The notes below the pieces were generated by a model. It worked only from the letters and a program-made list of their open reading frames with translations, searched no databases and was not told where the DNA came from. A DNA stretch of 24,036 bases, from IMG/VR virus record IMGVR_UViG_3300005805_000491, positions 1-24,036 of that record; one strand, given 5' to 3'. Position numbers and translations under genes: made by a program. Positions within the stretch are counted from its first letter, which is position 1, and each line of letters starts with the position of its first letter. This document shows, piece by piece, positions 5,942-15,112 of this stretch. This stretch comes from a virus. Taxonomy: Duplodnaviria > Caudoviricetes.

Positions 5942-7954
5942 TTAGCTTGCGAAGATTTTCCATGCGGCCCCATCGGACCAGACCATGACTTTGTTAGCGC
6001 CACCACCAGCAACCGTAGATCCGATTGTCGTAGCATTGGCGTCGGTGACGTACTGGATAGAGCCAGCGTTTCCAGCGGCAGCGGCGGGAAGAGCAGATAC
6101 GGTTACGCCATTATGACGAGAGCGAAGAAGGGCGAGTTCTGTAAATGCAGAATCGTCAGCGAGTCTCACCTCTAAAGAGGCGCTAGATCGCTTTAGGGCT
6201 GGGAAGGAGGAGGTGGTCCCGCCGAATTGAAGGCGGTTAAAGTCATTTTGAGCGCCATTAAGCAGTGTGATAACACCAGTAGAAGGAGCATATAAAACAC
6301 CCCTGCCAGACCAGTAAATTGCCCCGGATGCACCAGCGCCAAGGTCATTGCTTGAGATTACCGATGCGCCGGATGTAGTAACATTTCCATTACTATCAAT
6401 ACTTGCCCGCACCGTTCCGCTGACATTCTGCCACTCCGTCAGGTTTGTCGTACCCTGCCCCGCCCCGGACCGGACTATCAGTTTCGTCACGCCGGTAGGA
6501 CTGGCTTGGTCGTAGACGCGGAAAGTACCGGAAGAACCGGAAGAGGCAACGTCGAGCTTAAAGTTGGGGTCCGAAGGGTTATTCACACCGCCAATTGAAA
6601 TATTTCCGGTCGTTGCCTGGATGAAGAGGCGGGTAATAGCACTGGTTTGATCGTAGATCTCAAACCGTCCATTCTGGAACAATAGGGAACTTCTTGGAAC
6701 CACAGAGTCAAAGTAAAACTGTACTCTTTGAGATGCAATTCCAGTCGTAAAGGTTGTTGCGGAAGAGTCAGCAGAGAGGAAATTAGCTATCTTAGCATTG
6801 ACCGTCCCATTCGCATTCGCCGCCCCATCCCCTACCTGTAGAACACCCGCAGAGGCGCGGGAGAGGGAGAGGTCGGCGGTGCCAGCAGACACGGATGTCC
6901 CACTCTGAAACACAAAAAAAGCAGTACTAGCAATCCTAAAATCGTTACTGGAGCTGTATCCAATAGCAAATTTAGCCGCAGTTGAATCAAAACTATTAGC
7001 AAACCCACTACCCGTAATGTAACCACCGTCTCCAACAGCGGCAAGTCCGTTTACATTATCAGAGCTTCGCCACTCCGTCAGGTTCCCGCTCTGCCCACCC
7101 CCCGCCCGCACGACTACCTTCGTGCTATTCGACACCCCCGACCCACCGTAGAACCGCGCTGTCCCGGCGCTGCCAGAAGTAGCTACGTCGAGCTTAAAGT
7201 TGGAGTCGGTGGTAGTGCCGATGAGGAGGTTGCGAGTAGTGGCGGTAAGGCGCATTCCCTCGGTTCCCTCTGTGCGGAAGCGAAGCTCAAACCCGGTGTT
7301 CCTGCTCCCGATAATCAAAGGAGAATTCCCAGACTGAAGAAACGCCGCCCCTCCAGATGCATTAGCCTCTACGGTAGAAGAGCCATCACTCACAACAAGG
7401 GGGAAAGAAGGTGCATTCGTCCCGATGCCCAACCGATTGTTCGCCGCATCCCAGAACAGCGCCGTGGCATCCTGGTTCAGAACGCCTGCCGACGAGACGT
7501 AAGGGATAGCGCCAGCGGTAGTTAGATTATTCCCGCCAAACGGCACAGTATTGGTTCCGTTTGTAAACGAAGTTGCCCGTACTGTTCCATTTGAATTGGA
7601 ACCTCCATCGCCAATTTGAAGGACGCCAGCGGCATTTCTAGAAATCGAAAGATCGTCGGCCGATCCAATCACGATCACGCCGGCAGACGTGATTTTCATG
7701 CGTTGGACCTGTGATCCGGTTTTGAAAACGATCGAATCGGTAGTTCCGGTGCCAGTCGTCGACAAAAGCGTCAAAACGCTTGAGCTGGAACTGCCACCGG
7801 AAATATTCAATAGCTCAAGGACCACATTACTGAGCGTGTAGCCGCCTGCGTTGACGTTGCCGCCCCAAGCGCGGATGTCGTTCCCGAGATTATTTACATC
7901 GGTATACGAAAGAACGTCTGAAGCGGTGAAGTTTACGCGAGACAGCCACGCCAT
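5942..7954 (-). CDS. Tail fibre / receptor-binding protein
   Basis: 670 aa, Gly/Ser/Thr-rich. N-terminal anchor-like MAWLSRVNFTASDVL, fibre motifs LFWDAANNRLGIGT..P and GMRL....NLLIGTT, C-terminal knob-like TVSALPAA...YVTDA...VWSDG..W. AAGGAG RBS. Confidence 0.88.
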   Translation of the reverse strand: MAWLSRVNFTASDVLSYTDVNNLGNDIRAWGGNVNAGGYTLSNVVLELLNISGGSSSSSVLTLLSTTGTGTTDSIVFKTGSQVQRMKITSAGVIVIGSADDLSISRNAAGVLQIGDGGSNSNGTVRATSFTNGTNTVPFGGNNLTTAGAIPYVSSAGVLNQDATALFWDAANNRLGIGTNAPSFPLVVSDGSSTVEANASGGAAFLQSGNSPLIIGSRNTGFELRFRTEGTEGMRLTATTRNLLIGTTTDSNFKLDVATSGSAGTARFYGGSGVSNSTKVVVRAGGGQSGNLTEWRSSDNVNGLAAVGDGGYITGSGFANSFDSTAAKFAIGYSSSNDFRIASTAFFVFQSGTSVSAGTADLSLSRASAGVLQVGDGAANANGTVNAKIANFLSADSSATTFTTGIASQRVQFYFDSVVPRSSLLFQNGRFEIYDQTSAITRLFIQATTGNISIGGVNNPSDPNFKLDVASSGSSGTFRVYDQASPTGVTKLIVRSGAGQGTTNLTEWQNVSGTVRASIDSNGNVTTSGASVISSNDLGAGASGAIYWSGRGVLYAPSTGVITLLNGAQNDFNRLQFGGTTSSFPALKRSSASLEVRLADDSAFTELALLRSRHNGVTVSALPAAAAGNAGSIQYVTDANATTIGSTVAGGGANKVMVWSDGAAWKIFAS
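6430..7203. repeat. Duplicated module in the tail fibre with exact 16- and 19-bp direct repeats
   Basis: GCCACTCCGTCAGGTT at 6430-6445 and 7069-7084; ACGTCGAGCTTAAAGTTGG at 6549-6567 and 7185-7203. At protein level NFKLDVA.SGS.GT.R.Y...TK..VR.G.GQ..NLTEW occurs twice. Confidence 0.85.
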
Positions 7955-7955
7955 T

Positions 7956-8198
7956 TTAGGACTCCTTGTTTTCGATCAACACCAGCGATTTCGCATCCTC
8001 GGCAATCTGGTATTGGGCGTCGTCTGAAACATTTTCGTTTTCTAGGATGGTCGCAAGCATTGCTTGGACTCCCATCTGAAAAGATTTTTGAACGTCCTGT
8101 AGTTGCTTGATGCGCTCTTCGATGATCTGCAATTCTTTCATGAATTGCTCAAGTCGCGTTTGCTGTTTTGCGGTGAATGGAATGTTTGTTTTGCTCAT
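7956..8198 (-). CDS. Small coiled-coil protein (possible fibre assembly chaperone)
   Basis: ATG at 8198, 1 nt after the hub stop. 80 aa with a heptad pattern (LEQFMKELQIIEERIKQLQDV). Confidence 0.7.
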   Translation of the reverse strand: MSKTNIPFTAKQQTRLEQFMKELQIIEERIKQLQDVQKSFQMGVQAMLATILENENVSDDAQYQIAEDAKSLVLIENKES

Positions 8199-8199
8199 T

Positions 8200-11100
8200 T
8201 TAGGTTCGAATGCCACCCTTAAAAGCTAGTGTAGCGGTATTGGTAGAGGAAACGCCTGTGATTGTTGCGTTGTTCACTGATGAAAATGAAAAAACTGTGC
8301 TGGTCGTTCCAGTCACGGCTGTGACGACGGTTTGACTTTGCGGATTGCTGCTCCAATCCAGATATTGAATCGTGACGGTCGTTGTGTTGAGACCGGTGAT
8401 AGGAGAAACTAGCGTCGTATTGATCCCAGTGACAACCGTAGTATTGGCCGTATTGACGGCCGTGACGACTGTTGTATTTGTTGTAACGCCAGCAGTGCCA
8501 CCTGCATAAAACCCGCCAGCATCAACGTACCCGCCAGACAATAAGGCGATAGTCGTTGATCCATATGATGCAAACGACGTGCTCGAACCATACACTCGGA
8601 AGCTGGCGCCGGTTGTTGCTGCGGTAAGGCGAAAACGTTCGACTGCATTGGAGTCGTAGAGCGACATTGTAGAATTGGCGCCGTACGCAGCGTTAAGGTA
8701 AAACTTCGTGCCAGTTGTCAGATCGTTTCCAATAGTGATGCCGCCAGGCGTAATCATTACCGGACTTTCTTGACCGCTTGTGGTGCTATATACGCGAATT
8801 CCGTTGTAAACCCCATAGGCCAGATCAGATTGAATCGAGGTGACAACGTTGTTCAGCGTCAGCGTGAATTTGGCATCGGTCATGGTTACGTTGCCACTGC
8901 TATCCGCTTTGAGCTTGCCGTTTGAATAGCTGGTGCCGCCGACGGAAAGTGTCTTGAACCATCCACCCTCGTTGCCGGATTCGACGCCGATGAATCCGAT
9001 CTGCGACCCACTGGCGTTGTATACGCCGAATTTGCCAGGCTTCGACCCGCCACCGCCAACGCTGATTTCGATCGCATCAAGTTTTGCCGTTGTCACGGCA
9101 TTGGCAGCAATTTCATTAGCAGTGACGGCACTGGCAGCTATTTTAGTGGTAGTGATCGAACCAGCGGCAATTTCGTTAGCGGAAACTGCGTTAGCTGCGA
9201 TTTTTCCTGCAACAATTGCGTTTGCAGCAATTTCATTAGCGGTCACGGCACTTGCAGCAATTTTCGCAGTGGTAATTGCTCCGGCTAAAATTTTCGGAGT
9301 GGTGACGGCATCACTAGCGATTTTAGTTTCAGTCACGGCACCGGTATCAATTTTCCCAGCCGTTACCGCTCCGGATGAAATAAGCGATTCAGTGATTCCG
9401 CTGACCGCTACGCGAAGATTCCCACTTCCATCAATCGTCATCGCTGTTCCGGTTTTGACCTGCAATACAGAGCCATTGATTTGAAAATTGTCTGTGCTGG
9501 CAGGTAGAAACTTGCGAAGGTCCAATGTTCCCGCAGTGCTCCCAATGGAGAGCGTATTTTGCGGAGTTCCGGCAACCTCAGTATTGGTTCTGCCGTTGAC
9601 GTCGAAAGATACGAGCTTGGCTGTTACCGTAGTCGCGCTGGCTGGATTCGGAATGACAACAGCAATTGGAGATGGAGTAGCTGATGTCGATGCAAGCAGC
9701 GTTGCGCCGTCATAGACGCGCAATTCAACGCCGCTCCAAGTCACGTCAGATGGCGCGGAAAAAGTAGCGGTAATGCGCTGCTGCGTCGTTCCGTCGCTAG
9801 CAGACACGGACGCCGCGGCAAAAGATGCGCCGGTGACGTGCGATGTATACTCAGTTCCTGCTGCCCCTGCGGCCGGCGGCGAAACGGAGATTGTTGCCGA
9901 TGGCGTCCCAACCGCAGGACTGCGGCCGTCGGTGTTTGGATTGGCGTTGTTATCGAGACTAACCGCGTAGAAGGTCCATGCGATCGTCGATTGCGGAAAC
10001 GCGCTGGACTCAATGGTGACGGCCGATCCGGTTTCAGCGCCGGTCATCTGAAATTTTTCACCAGATGGCAAATGCAGCCAAATAACCACGCCACCCCATC
10101 TGGCAAGTGCAGTCGAACCTGATGGCTTGGTCCAAGCGAGATCAATCAATAATGCCTTTTGGCCTTGTCCATTTGTCGCATATCTAGCATTTGAGGCCGC
10201 AAAGCTCGAGACATTATCAGCGTAAGGCGATGCGACAGGACGCGTCGCAAGTGGCCAGACAACGTTAGCGGTTGATGACGGTGTCAAATTACTGATGATC
10301 GAATTCAGGCGTGGTTCAATCGAACTATCCATTGACACAAACCAACATTTGATTGCATTCGTGCCGACGAACAGATCGTACCAATCGCTTCTGGCGGTTG
10401 TTTCATTGACGCTCAATGCTGGTCCATTGGCTCGATTCCCATCTGCGTATTCGTAGACAATTTGAACTCCACCAAATGGCCTTTGCCACGCCGCCGGAGG
10501 ATCTGTCGGCGCCGTCCATGAAAAAACAAATCTATATTTCGGTGAGGCAACTTGTGAATCATCGTATTCAACCGTTGCTGAAACTCCAGATACCAGTCGC
10601 GCATATTCTTCGCCACTCTGATAAATATTGGCGGTGATACCGACGGTCACATTCGGCGTTGCATTGGTTTCAGTTGCGCGAACCAGTTCGTTTTCAGCCG
10701 TCTCAGAATAGCTGGCCAAATAAAAACGCTTGGTTTCATTTTGCGCCGGCCGCGGAATGTAGATTGTTGCAGGACTCGCCAGATGATAGCCGCGATCGAT
10801 TGGCGCAAATGTTCCGCCTAGATTTCGCGTGGAGTTGAGCAGTGCCGTGCTGTTTAACGGAATCGCACCGCTGGCCGATTGATCGACCGGCTCCTCCCAA
10901 ACGTGAACGCCAACGAAATTACCAAGCGGCGACGGCGCCGTGTACGCAATCTTGACTCGAATGGTTTCCTCATCGGCATACTCGTATGTCGCCGATACAG
11001 AGGTCACATTGTCCGGAGCGGCCGGCAGCGGCGCCGAACCGGTGCTGCTGCCACCTGCGCCCGTAGCTGAGGTGCTTGTCTGGCCGACACCTGCGACGGC

Positions 11101-12636
11101 CCGCCAGTAGTCGGCCGTCGACATCAGCGCCGTTCCGGTAATGGCTTTGACGGTAAATTTAAGCCACACGCCGCCGACGTCGACGATACTGACCTCGCGG
11201 ATCAGATACGACGCGCTTGAGATACCGCGGGCAGCATTGGCGATTGTTTGCAGTTGCCCAGGCCGCAACGTGACGCACAGCGGTTCGACCTGCTGATCTG
11301 TCTCGTACTGAATCTCAGTGACGATAGACTTCTTTGCCGCAATCAACGCTTGCGCATCGAGTGCGGCCTGGACTTGTCCTAGATTGCGTTCGTAGTAGTG
11401 CTGATAGCGGCCGCTGCCGCTGCCCTCCTGTGAAGCCGTTGAGGAAATATCGGAGGAATCCTCCTCCAGCACCGTATTCGCGCCAAGCTGGTAATATTTG
11501 ACCTCAAGCGTATTTGCCGCGGTCAAAACATCATCATCAACATCCTGCCGAATCGCCGTGCTGCCATAGTGCCAATACCAAGCGCGATCCGATTCTGCCA
11601 ACCATACGCCGAAATCGACGTCCTGCCCATCTAGCGTGATCGAATGCAGCAACCCACAGCGATTAGATAACGTGAATGTTCGCGCAGACCCGTCGCCAGT
11701 GAAGCTCTGTGTCGTCAGAGGAATTTGCGACCAGTCGATCCCGACTAGCGCGGAATTTACTTTATCCTCGCGAGTCCTGCGAACGGCGAGGCTTCGATAG
11801 TTTGCGCTAGACGCCGAAACGTTAAATGGCGCCGCGGCATACGTGCGAGGTTTGAAAAACAATTCGCGCTCGTCATCGATCCACCAGACAAAGTTGCTCA
11901 GTGCTGCCAACTGCCCAATCGCTTCTGATACAGTCGCTTCGGCCTCAAAAGCGATCGTGTCGACAACGGCGCCTAGGTCGATATTGGTCGTGCCGATTGA
12001 TTCGAGCCCAGCGAAGGTGTTAACCAAATCAGCGACAATCTCGCCCGCGCGATACGTGATAAGGATTTGATCTAGCGTTCCGGTGTCGGTGATGTCGACA
12101 GCGCTGCCGCCGGCCGTTAACGACAACTGCAACGTGCTGGCAGAGGCAGAGATGACGTAATACTCAATTTCTGCATTCAGGCCGCCGCAAAGCGCGCCTT
12201 GCGCGTGCGCCTTAACTCGCACGCGATCGCCGTTGCTCCGTCCGTGATTGCCAACGGTGGTCAGGGTGTTGGTCGACGCATCGGCCGTAAATACGAAGTT
12301 GCGGTCATAGACGGCTGGCACGCTTGTCGTGATGTCGTAGCAGCGGCGCCGGTCCAGTCGCTGCTCCCATGAGACGCCACGAATATCATAGAATGCGCCG
12401 GCGGCCGATCCAGCCTCAGTGATGGATACTTCAGCAACTTCGTCGACCGTTCCCGCCCAGAGCTTTGAGCCACCTTCCCATAGTTCAATTGGATGGCCCT
12501 GCTCTGGTCGATACGATCCGCTGGTGGAAATGACCCGACAGTTAAATGTTGCGCGCTCGCCTAGCGTTGCTGATAAGTTCAGCGAATACTGCGCGATTTC
12601 TCTATCAGTTCCGTTTATTTTGATCGTGATAGGCAT
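8200..12636 (-). CDS. Large tail tip / baseplate hub protein with central fibre
   Basis: 1478 aa directly after the TMP (TAATG overlap). N-terminal hub-like region (LWAGTVDEV; VSEAIGQLAALSNFVWWIDDERELFF; LRPGQLQTI), four FN3/Ig-like repeats, decapeptide repeats, Thr/Val-rich end finishing FKGGI. Confidence 0.85.
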   Translation of the reverse strand: MPITIKINGTDREIAQYSLNLSATLGERATFNCRVISTSGSYRPEQGHPIELWEGGSKLWAGTVDEVAEVSITEAGSAAGAFYDIRGVSWEQRLDRRRCYDITTSVPAVYDRNFVFTADASTNTLTTVGNHGRSNGDRVRVKAHAQGALCGGLNAEIEYYVISASASTLQLSLTAGGSAVDITDTGTLDQILITYRAGEIVADLVNTFAGLESIGTTNIDLGAVVDTIAFEAEATVSEAIGQLAALSNFVWWIDDERELFFKPRTYAAAPFNVSASSANYRSLAVRRTREDKVNSALVGIDWSQIPLTTQSFTGDGSARTFTLSNRCGLLHSITLDGQDVDFGVWLAESDRAWYWHYGSTAIRQDVDDDVLTAANTLEVKYYQLGANTVLEEDSSDISSTASQEGSGSGRYQHYYERNLGQVQAALDAQALIAAKKSIVTEIQYETDQQVEPLCVTLRPGQLQTIANAARGISSASYLIREVSIVDVGGVWLKFTVKAITGTALMSTADYWRAVAGVGQTSTSATGAGGSSTGSAPLPAAPDNVTSVSATYEYADEETIRVKIAYTAPSPLGNFVGVHVWEEPVDQSASGAIPLNSTALLNSTRNLGGTFAPIDRGYHLASPATIYIPRPAQNETKRFYLASYSETAENELVRATETNATPNVTVGITANIYQSGEEYARLVSGVSATVEYDDSQVASPKYRFVFSWTAPTDPPAAWQRPFGGVQIVYEYADGNRANGPALSVNETTARSDWYDLFVGTNAIKCWFVSMDSSIEPRLNSIISNLTPSSTANVVWPLATRPVASPYADNVSSFAASNARYATNGQGQKALLIDLAWTKPSGSTALARWGGVVIWLHLPSGEKFQMTGAETGSAVTIESSAFPQSTIAWTFYAVSLDNNANPNTDGRSPAVGTPSATISVSPPAAGAAGTEYTSHVTGASFAAASVSASDGTTQQRITATFSAPSDVTWSGVELRVYDGATLLASTSATPSPIAVVIPNPASATTVTAKLVSFDVNGRTNTEVAGTPQNTLSIGSTAGTLDLRKFLPASTDNFQINGSVLQVKTGTAMTIDGSGNLRVAVSGITESLISSGAVTAGKIDTGAVTETKIASDAVTTPKILAGAITTAKIAASAVTANEIAANAIVAGKIAANAVSANEIAAGSITTTKIAASAVTANEIAANAVTTAKLDAIEISVGGGGSKPGKFGVYNASGSQIGFIGVESGNEGGWFKTLSVGGTSYSNGKLKADSSGNVTMTDAKFTLTLNNVVTSIQSDLAYGVYNGIRVYSTTSGQESPVMITPGGITIGNDLTTGTKFYLNAAYGANSTMSLYDSNAVERFRLTAATTGASFRVYGSSTSFASYGSTTIALLSGGYVDAGGFYAGGTAGVTTNTTVVTAVNTANTTVVTGINTTLVSPITGLNTTTVTIQYLDWSSNPQSQTVVTAVTGTTSTVFSFSSVNNATITGVSSTNTATLAFKGGIRT
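9073..9396 (-). repeat. About ten tandem decapeptide repeats (IAA[NGS]A[VI]T[AT]x[KE]) in the tail tip protein
   Basis: 30-bp periodicity; for example GCAGCAATTTCATTAGC at 9104-9120 and 9224-9240. Confidence 0.9.
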
Positions 12637-14924
12637 TAGCGCGGGATCACTCCCAATTGTTTCAGTTCACGCGTCAGCGCGTCGAGCATAGCGCGCGGAT
12701 CGCCGCCGCTGCTATTGATGGTGATGTTGACGTTGCCAGCGCCGGCGACCGTCATCTGTCGCTGCTCCATGCGAATGAGTGATTCCCAGATGTTTTTGAG
12801 GTTTGGCAAAAACTCATTGTTTTTTTCGAGCAAATTTAGCAGGTGGATCTGCGAGTACCGGACTTCCTTCTCGATCAAATCCAACGTCTTGTTCATTCCG
12901 GCCATCTGGAAATTGCCAATGACGCCAGAGACGGCCGATACAATACCGCTGACCATTGTCACGGCGCCCATCACGCCGCCGCTGGCGGCGCCGGCCGCTC
13001 CTCCCATGCCGCCACCGCCGGAAATGGCTGGTTTGGCCCCCCCAGGCGCCGCCGACATAATCGTACCAGTCCCGCCACCAAAGACCTTACCGGCTACGGC
13101 GCCAACTTCAAACAGCTTATCCGACAACTTTTTCAGAGCGCCTTCGATTAGCAGCCGCGTAATGCTTTGCGCTGCCTGCATCGCGACGTCTTGGAACATT
13201 TTCGCCAGATTGCCGCCCTTGAAAATGACGTCGGTGATCCCGCGGGAAAGATCGGTCAAAACAGTGCTTACCTGCCGCATAGCAGCCGATTGATTTTTAG
13301 CAGATTGCCTGGCTGCTTGCGCCATAGCATCATATTGCTGGCGCGTCTGCATGCCTTTTTCCCAAACGTTTTGAGCTGTTTTTTCAAACTCTGCAAATTC
13401 ACCCGGAAACGTCGGCATATCAGGCCGCGGAACGTCTTTCATGCCGCCGCCGATGCCGGGAATCTTAACGTCTGGAGGGTTTTCCAAGATGCGGAAATAC
13501 CGGAACAGCGTGTCGGCGACCTGAATGTTTAGCGCGATCTGATCGCGCGTCACTCCACCGTACTTGATGCCCAACTCGGCAGCCCGATCAATTGCCTGAT
13601 TGTAGCTGTCCAGGTACTCTTTTGCCATTTTTTGCGCGATGGCGTTGTCGAGCGTGGCAACACGTGCTTCGATATGGGCCTTGGCTTTGCGAGATACTTT
13701 TTCGGCGGCTACTTCCGCTGCGTCTCCGTTTTTCACGATCTCGTCTGTCGACGGCTTCAGCACCTGCATGAATCCCATCACGGCATCTCGCGCAGAGCTA
13801 AAAGCGACTGGCGCGCCAGATCCTACGCGCTCGTTCAATGTCTTGAGCGCTTGCGCAGACGTATCAACCGTATTTTGCCGATGCCGATTCAGCATATCCA
13901 TGAATCCCGCAACTGCTATCCCGGCGACTCCGGCAGCCGTTCCCGCTACGGTGATTCCACCTGCTAAAGTTTTCATTGCCGGAATCATTTTATTCAGAAC
14001 GCCAACAAGAATGGCGCCCTTTTCCACGATCGTTCCTAGGCCGACTACCACTAATGGCAGAGCAGTTGCGATAGCCGTAAGCCCGATTGCGAAATTCTGT
14101 GTACTGGTCGGCAGCTTTCCAAATTCAATGGAGAGCTGTTTTGCTTTTTCTATCGCAGGCGTCAAAAACTCATCCAGCACGCGCTGCGCGATTGGCAATA
14201 GTGTTTTTCCGAATTCAGCCGCGGCATCTTGGGCCGCCATCTGAATGTTTTCCCAACTATTCTGATAGCTGTTCCCGGCCCGCTCTCCGCGCGCCAATTC
14301 GTTCACGATGACATCAATGAATTGCTGCGCCGACATGCCAATCGCAGCGAACGTTTTGGCCGGATCGCCGAGCGCCTGCGGTCCGAACTTTTCTTTGATG
14401 ATGGCAGCGATCTGCGGAATGCGTTCAACGATCGGGTCCAAATTTTCTTTGGTCACCTTGCCGACGGCGGCCATCTGCGACAATTGCCTGATGGCCTCGC
14501 CGAAGTCCTCTTTTCCGCCACCGACGACGGCGAGAGCGTTGCCCAGTTCAAGCATGATTCGCCGCGATTGATCGGCAGAGCTGCCGAGCGTTTGCAGCCG
14601 AATGGAACCGCGCACAGCTTCCTCTAATCCGATGCCTGGCAGCTTCGCAATTTCCTTGAGCTTTGCCATTTCCTCGGCCGCACCGCTGGCCGATTTCATA
14701 GTCGCCGTCAGGCCCTTAGACAACACTTCCATGTCGGCGGCTGCTTTCACCGCAAAACCGCCGGCCGCTAGTATAGGCGCCGAAAATCCGATCGCCAGCG
14801 CTTGGCCGGCCGCGCTCGCATCGGCCGCAAACCGCTTCATTTTATTAAGCGATCGGTCTACCTGCTTATCGAAATCATCAGTTGAGGCGCCGATTCGGAC
14901 GATGAGATTAGAGAGTACCGGCAT
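12636..14924 (-). CDS. Tape measure protein
   Basis: 762 aa, Ala/Gly-rich and helical. N-terminal L.VRIGA.T..F; tape-measure domain (LGNALA..GG....F......LSQM...GKV..E.L..I.ER.P). Follows the chaperone. Confidence 0.93.
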   Translation of the reverse strand: MPVLSNLIVRIGASTDDFDKQVDRSLNKMKRFAADASAAGQALAIGFSAPILAAGGFAVKAAADMEVLSKGLTATMKSASGAAEEMAKLKEIAKLPGIGLEEAVRGSIRLQTLGSSADQSRRIMLELGNALAVVGGGKEDFGEAIRQLSQMAAVGKVTKENLDPIVERIPQIAAIIKEKFGPQALGDPAKTFAAIGMSAQQFIDVIVNELARGERAGNSYQNSWENIQMAAQDAAAEFGKTLLPIAQRVLDEFLTPAIEKAKQLSIEFGKLPTSTQNFAIGLTAIATALPLVVVGLGTIVEKGAILVGVLNKMIPAMKTLAGGITVAGTAAGVAGIAVAGFMDMLNRHRQNTVDTSAQALKTLNERVGSGAPVAFSSARDAVMGFMQVLKPSTDEIVKNGDAAEVAAEKVSRKAKAHIEARVATLDNAIAQKMAKEYLDSYNQAIDRAAELGIKYGGVTRDQIALNIQVADTLFRYFRILENPPDVKIPGIGGGMKDVPRPDMPTFPGEFAEFEKTAQNVWEKGMQTRQQYDAMAQAARQSAKNQSAAMRQVSTVLTDLSRGITDVIFKGGNLAKMFQDVAMQAAQSITRLLIEGALKKLSDKLFEVGAVAGKVFGGGTGTIMSAAPGGAKPAISGGGGMGGAAGAASGGVMGAVTMVSGIVSAVSGVIGNFQMAGMNKTLDLIEKEVRYSQIHLLNLLEKNNEFLPNLKNIWESLIRMEQRQMTVAGAGNVNITINSSGGDPRAMLDALTRELKQLGVIPR

Positions 14925-15106
14925 CAGCGCCTCGCTTTCGATTTAGCCTCGGCCTCGCGCATGGCGCGGTCGTGCTCTTCATTTTTGATTTTGAAGTATG
15001 CCGCCCATTCGGTCAATTCGCTCGACGACATACGTTGCAACATTTCGCCAACCGGCATCTTCAACTGTTCAGCGAGCGCAAAAACAAATCTGCGCTCGCC
15101 TACTAG
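14924..15106 (-). CDS. gpT-like C-terminal extension of the tail assembly chaperone (expressed by -1 frameshift as gpGT)
   Basis: The -1 frame reads LVGERRFVFALAEQLKMPVGEMLQRMSSSELTEWAAYFKIKNEEHDRAMREAEAKSKARR*. The MS..EL.EW.AY motif is gpT-like, and the stop overlaps the TMP ATG (TGATG). Confidence 0.85.
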   Translation of the reverse strand, partial: LVGERRFVFALAEQLKMPVGEMLQRMSSSELTEWAAYFKIKNEEHDRAMREAEAKSKARR

Positions 15107-15112
15107 TTTTTT
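15072..15112 (-). promoter_or_regulatory. Programmed -1 ribosomal frameshift signal
   Basis: Slippery heptamer A AAA AAC (15112-15106), 6-nt spacer TAGTAG, then a 9-bp stem GCGAGCGCA/TGCGCTCGC (15099-15072). Confidence 0.88.

Noticed and set aside
5942-7954. Diversity-generating retroelement or invertible fibre cassette
   Set aside because: No reverse transcriptase or invertase in the window. The repeats are direct, short and in frame, and do not show an adenine-specific TR/VR mismatch pattern.
9073-9396. Possible CRISPR-like array from the 30-bp periodicity
   Set aside because: The repeats are in-frame coding units with third-position variation and no unique spacers.
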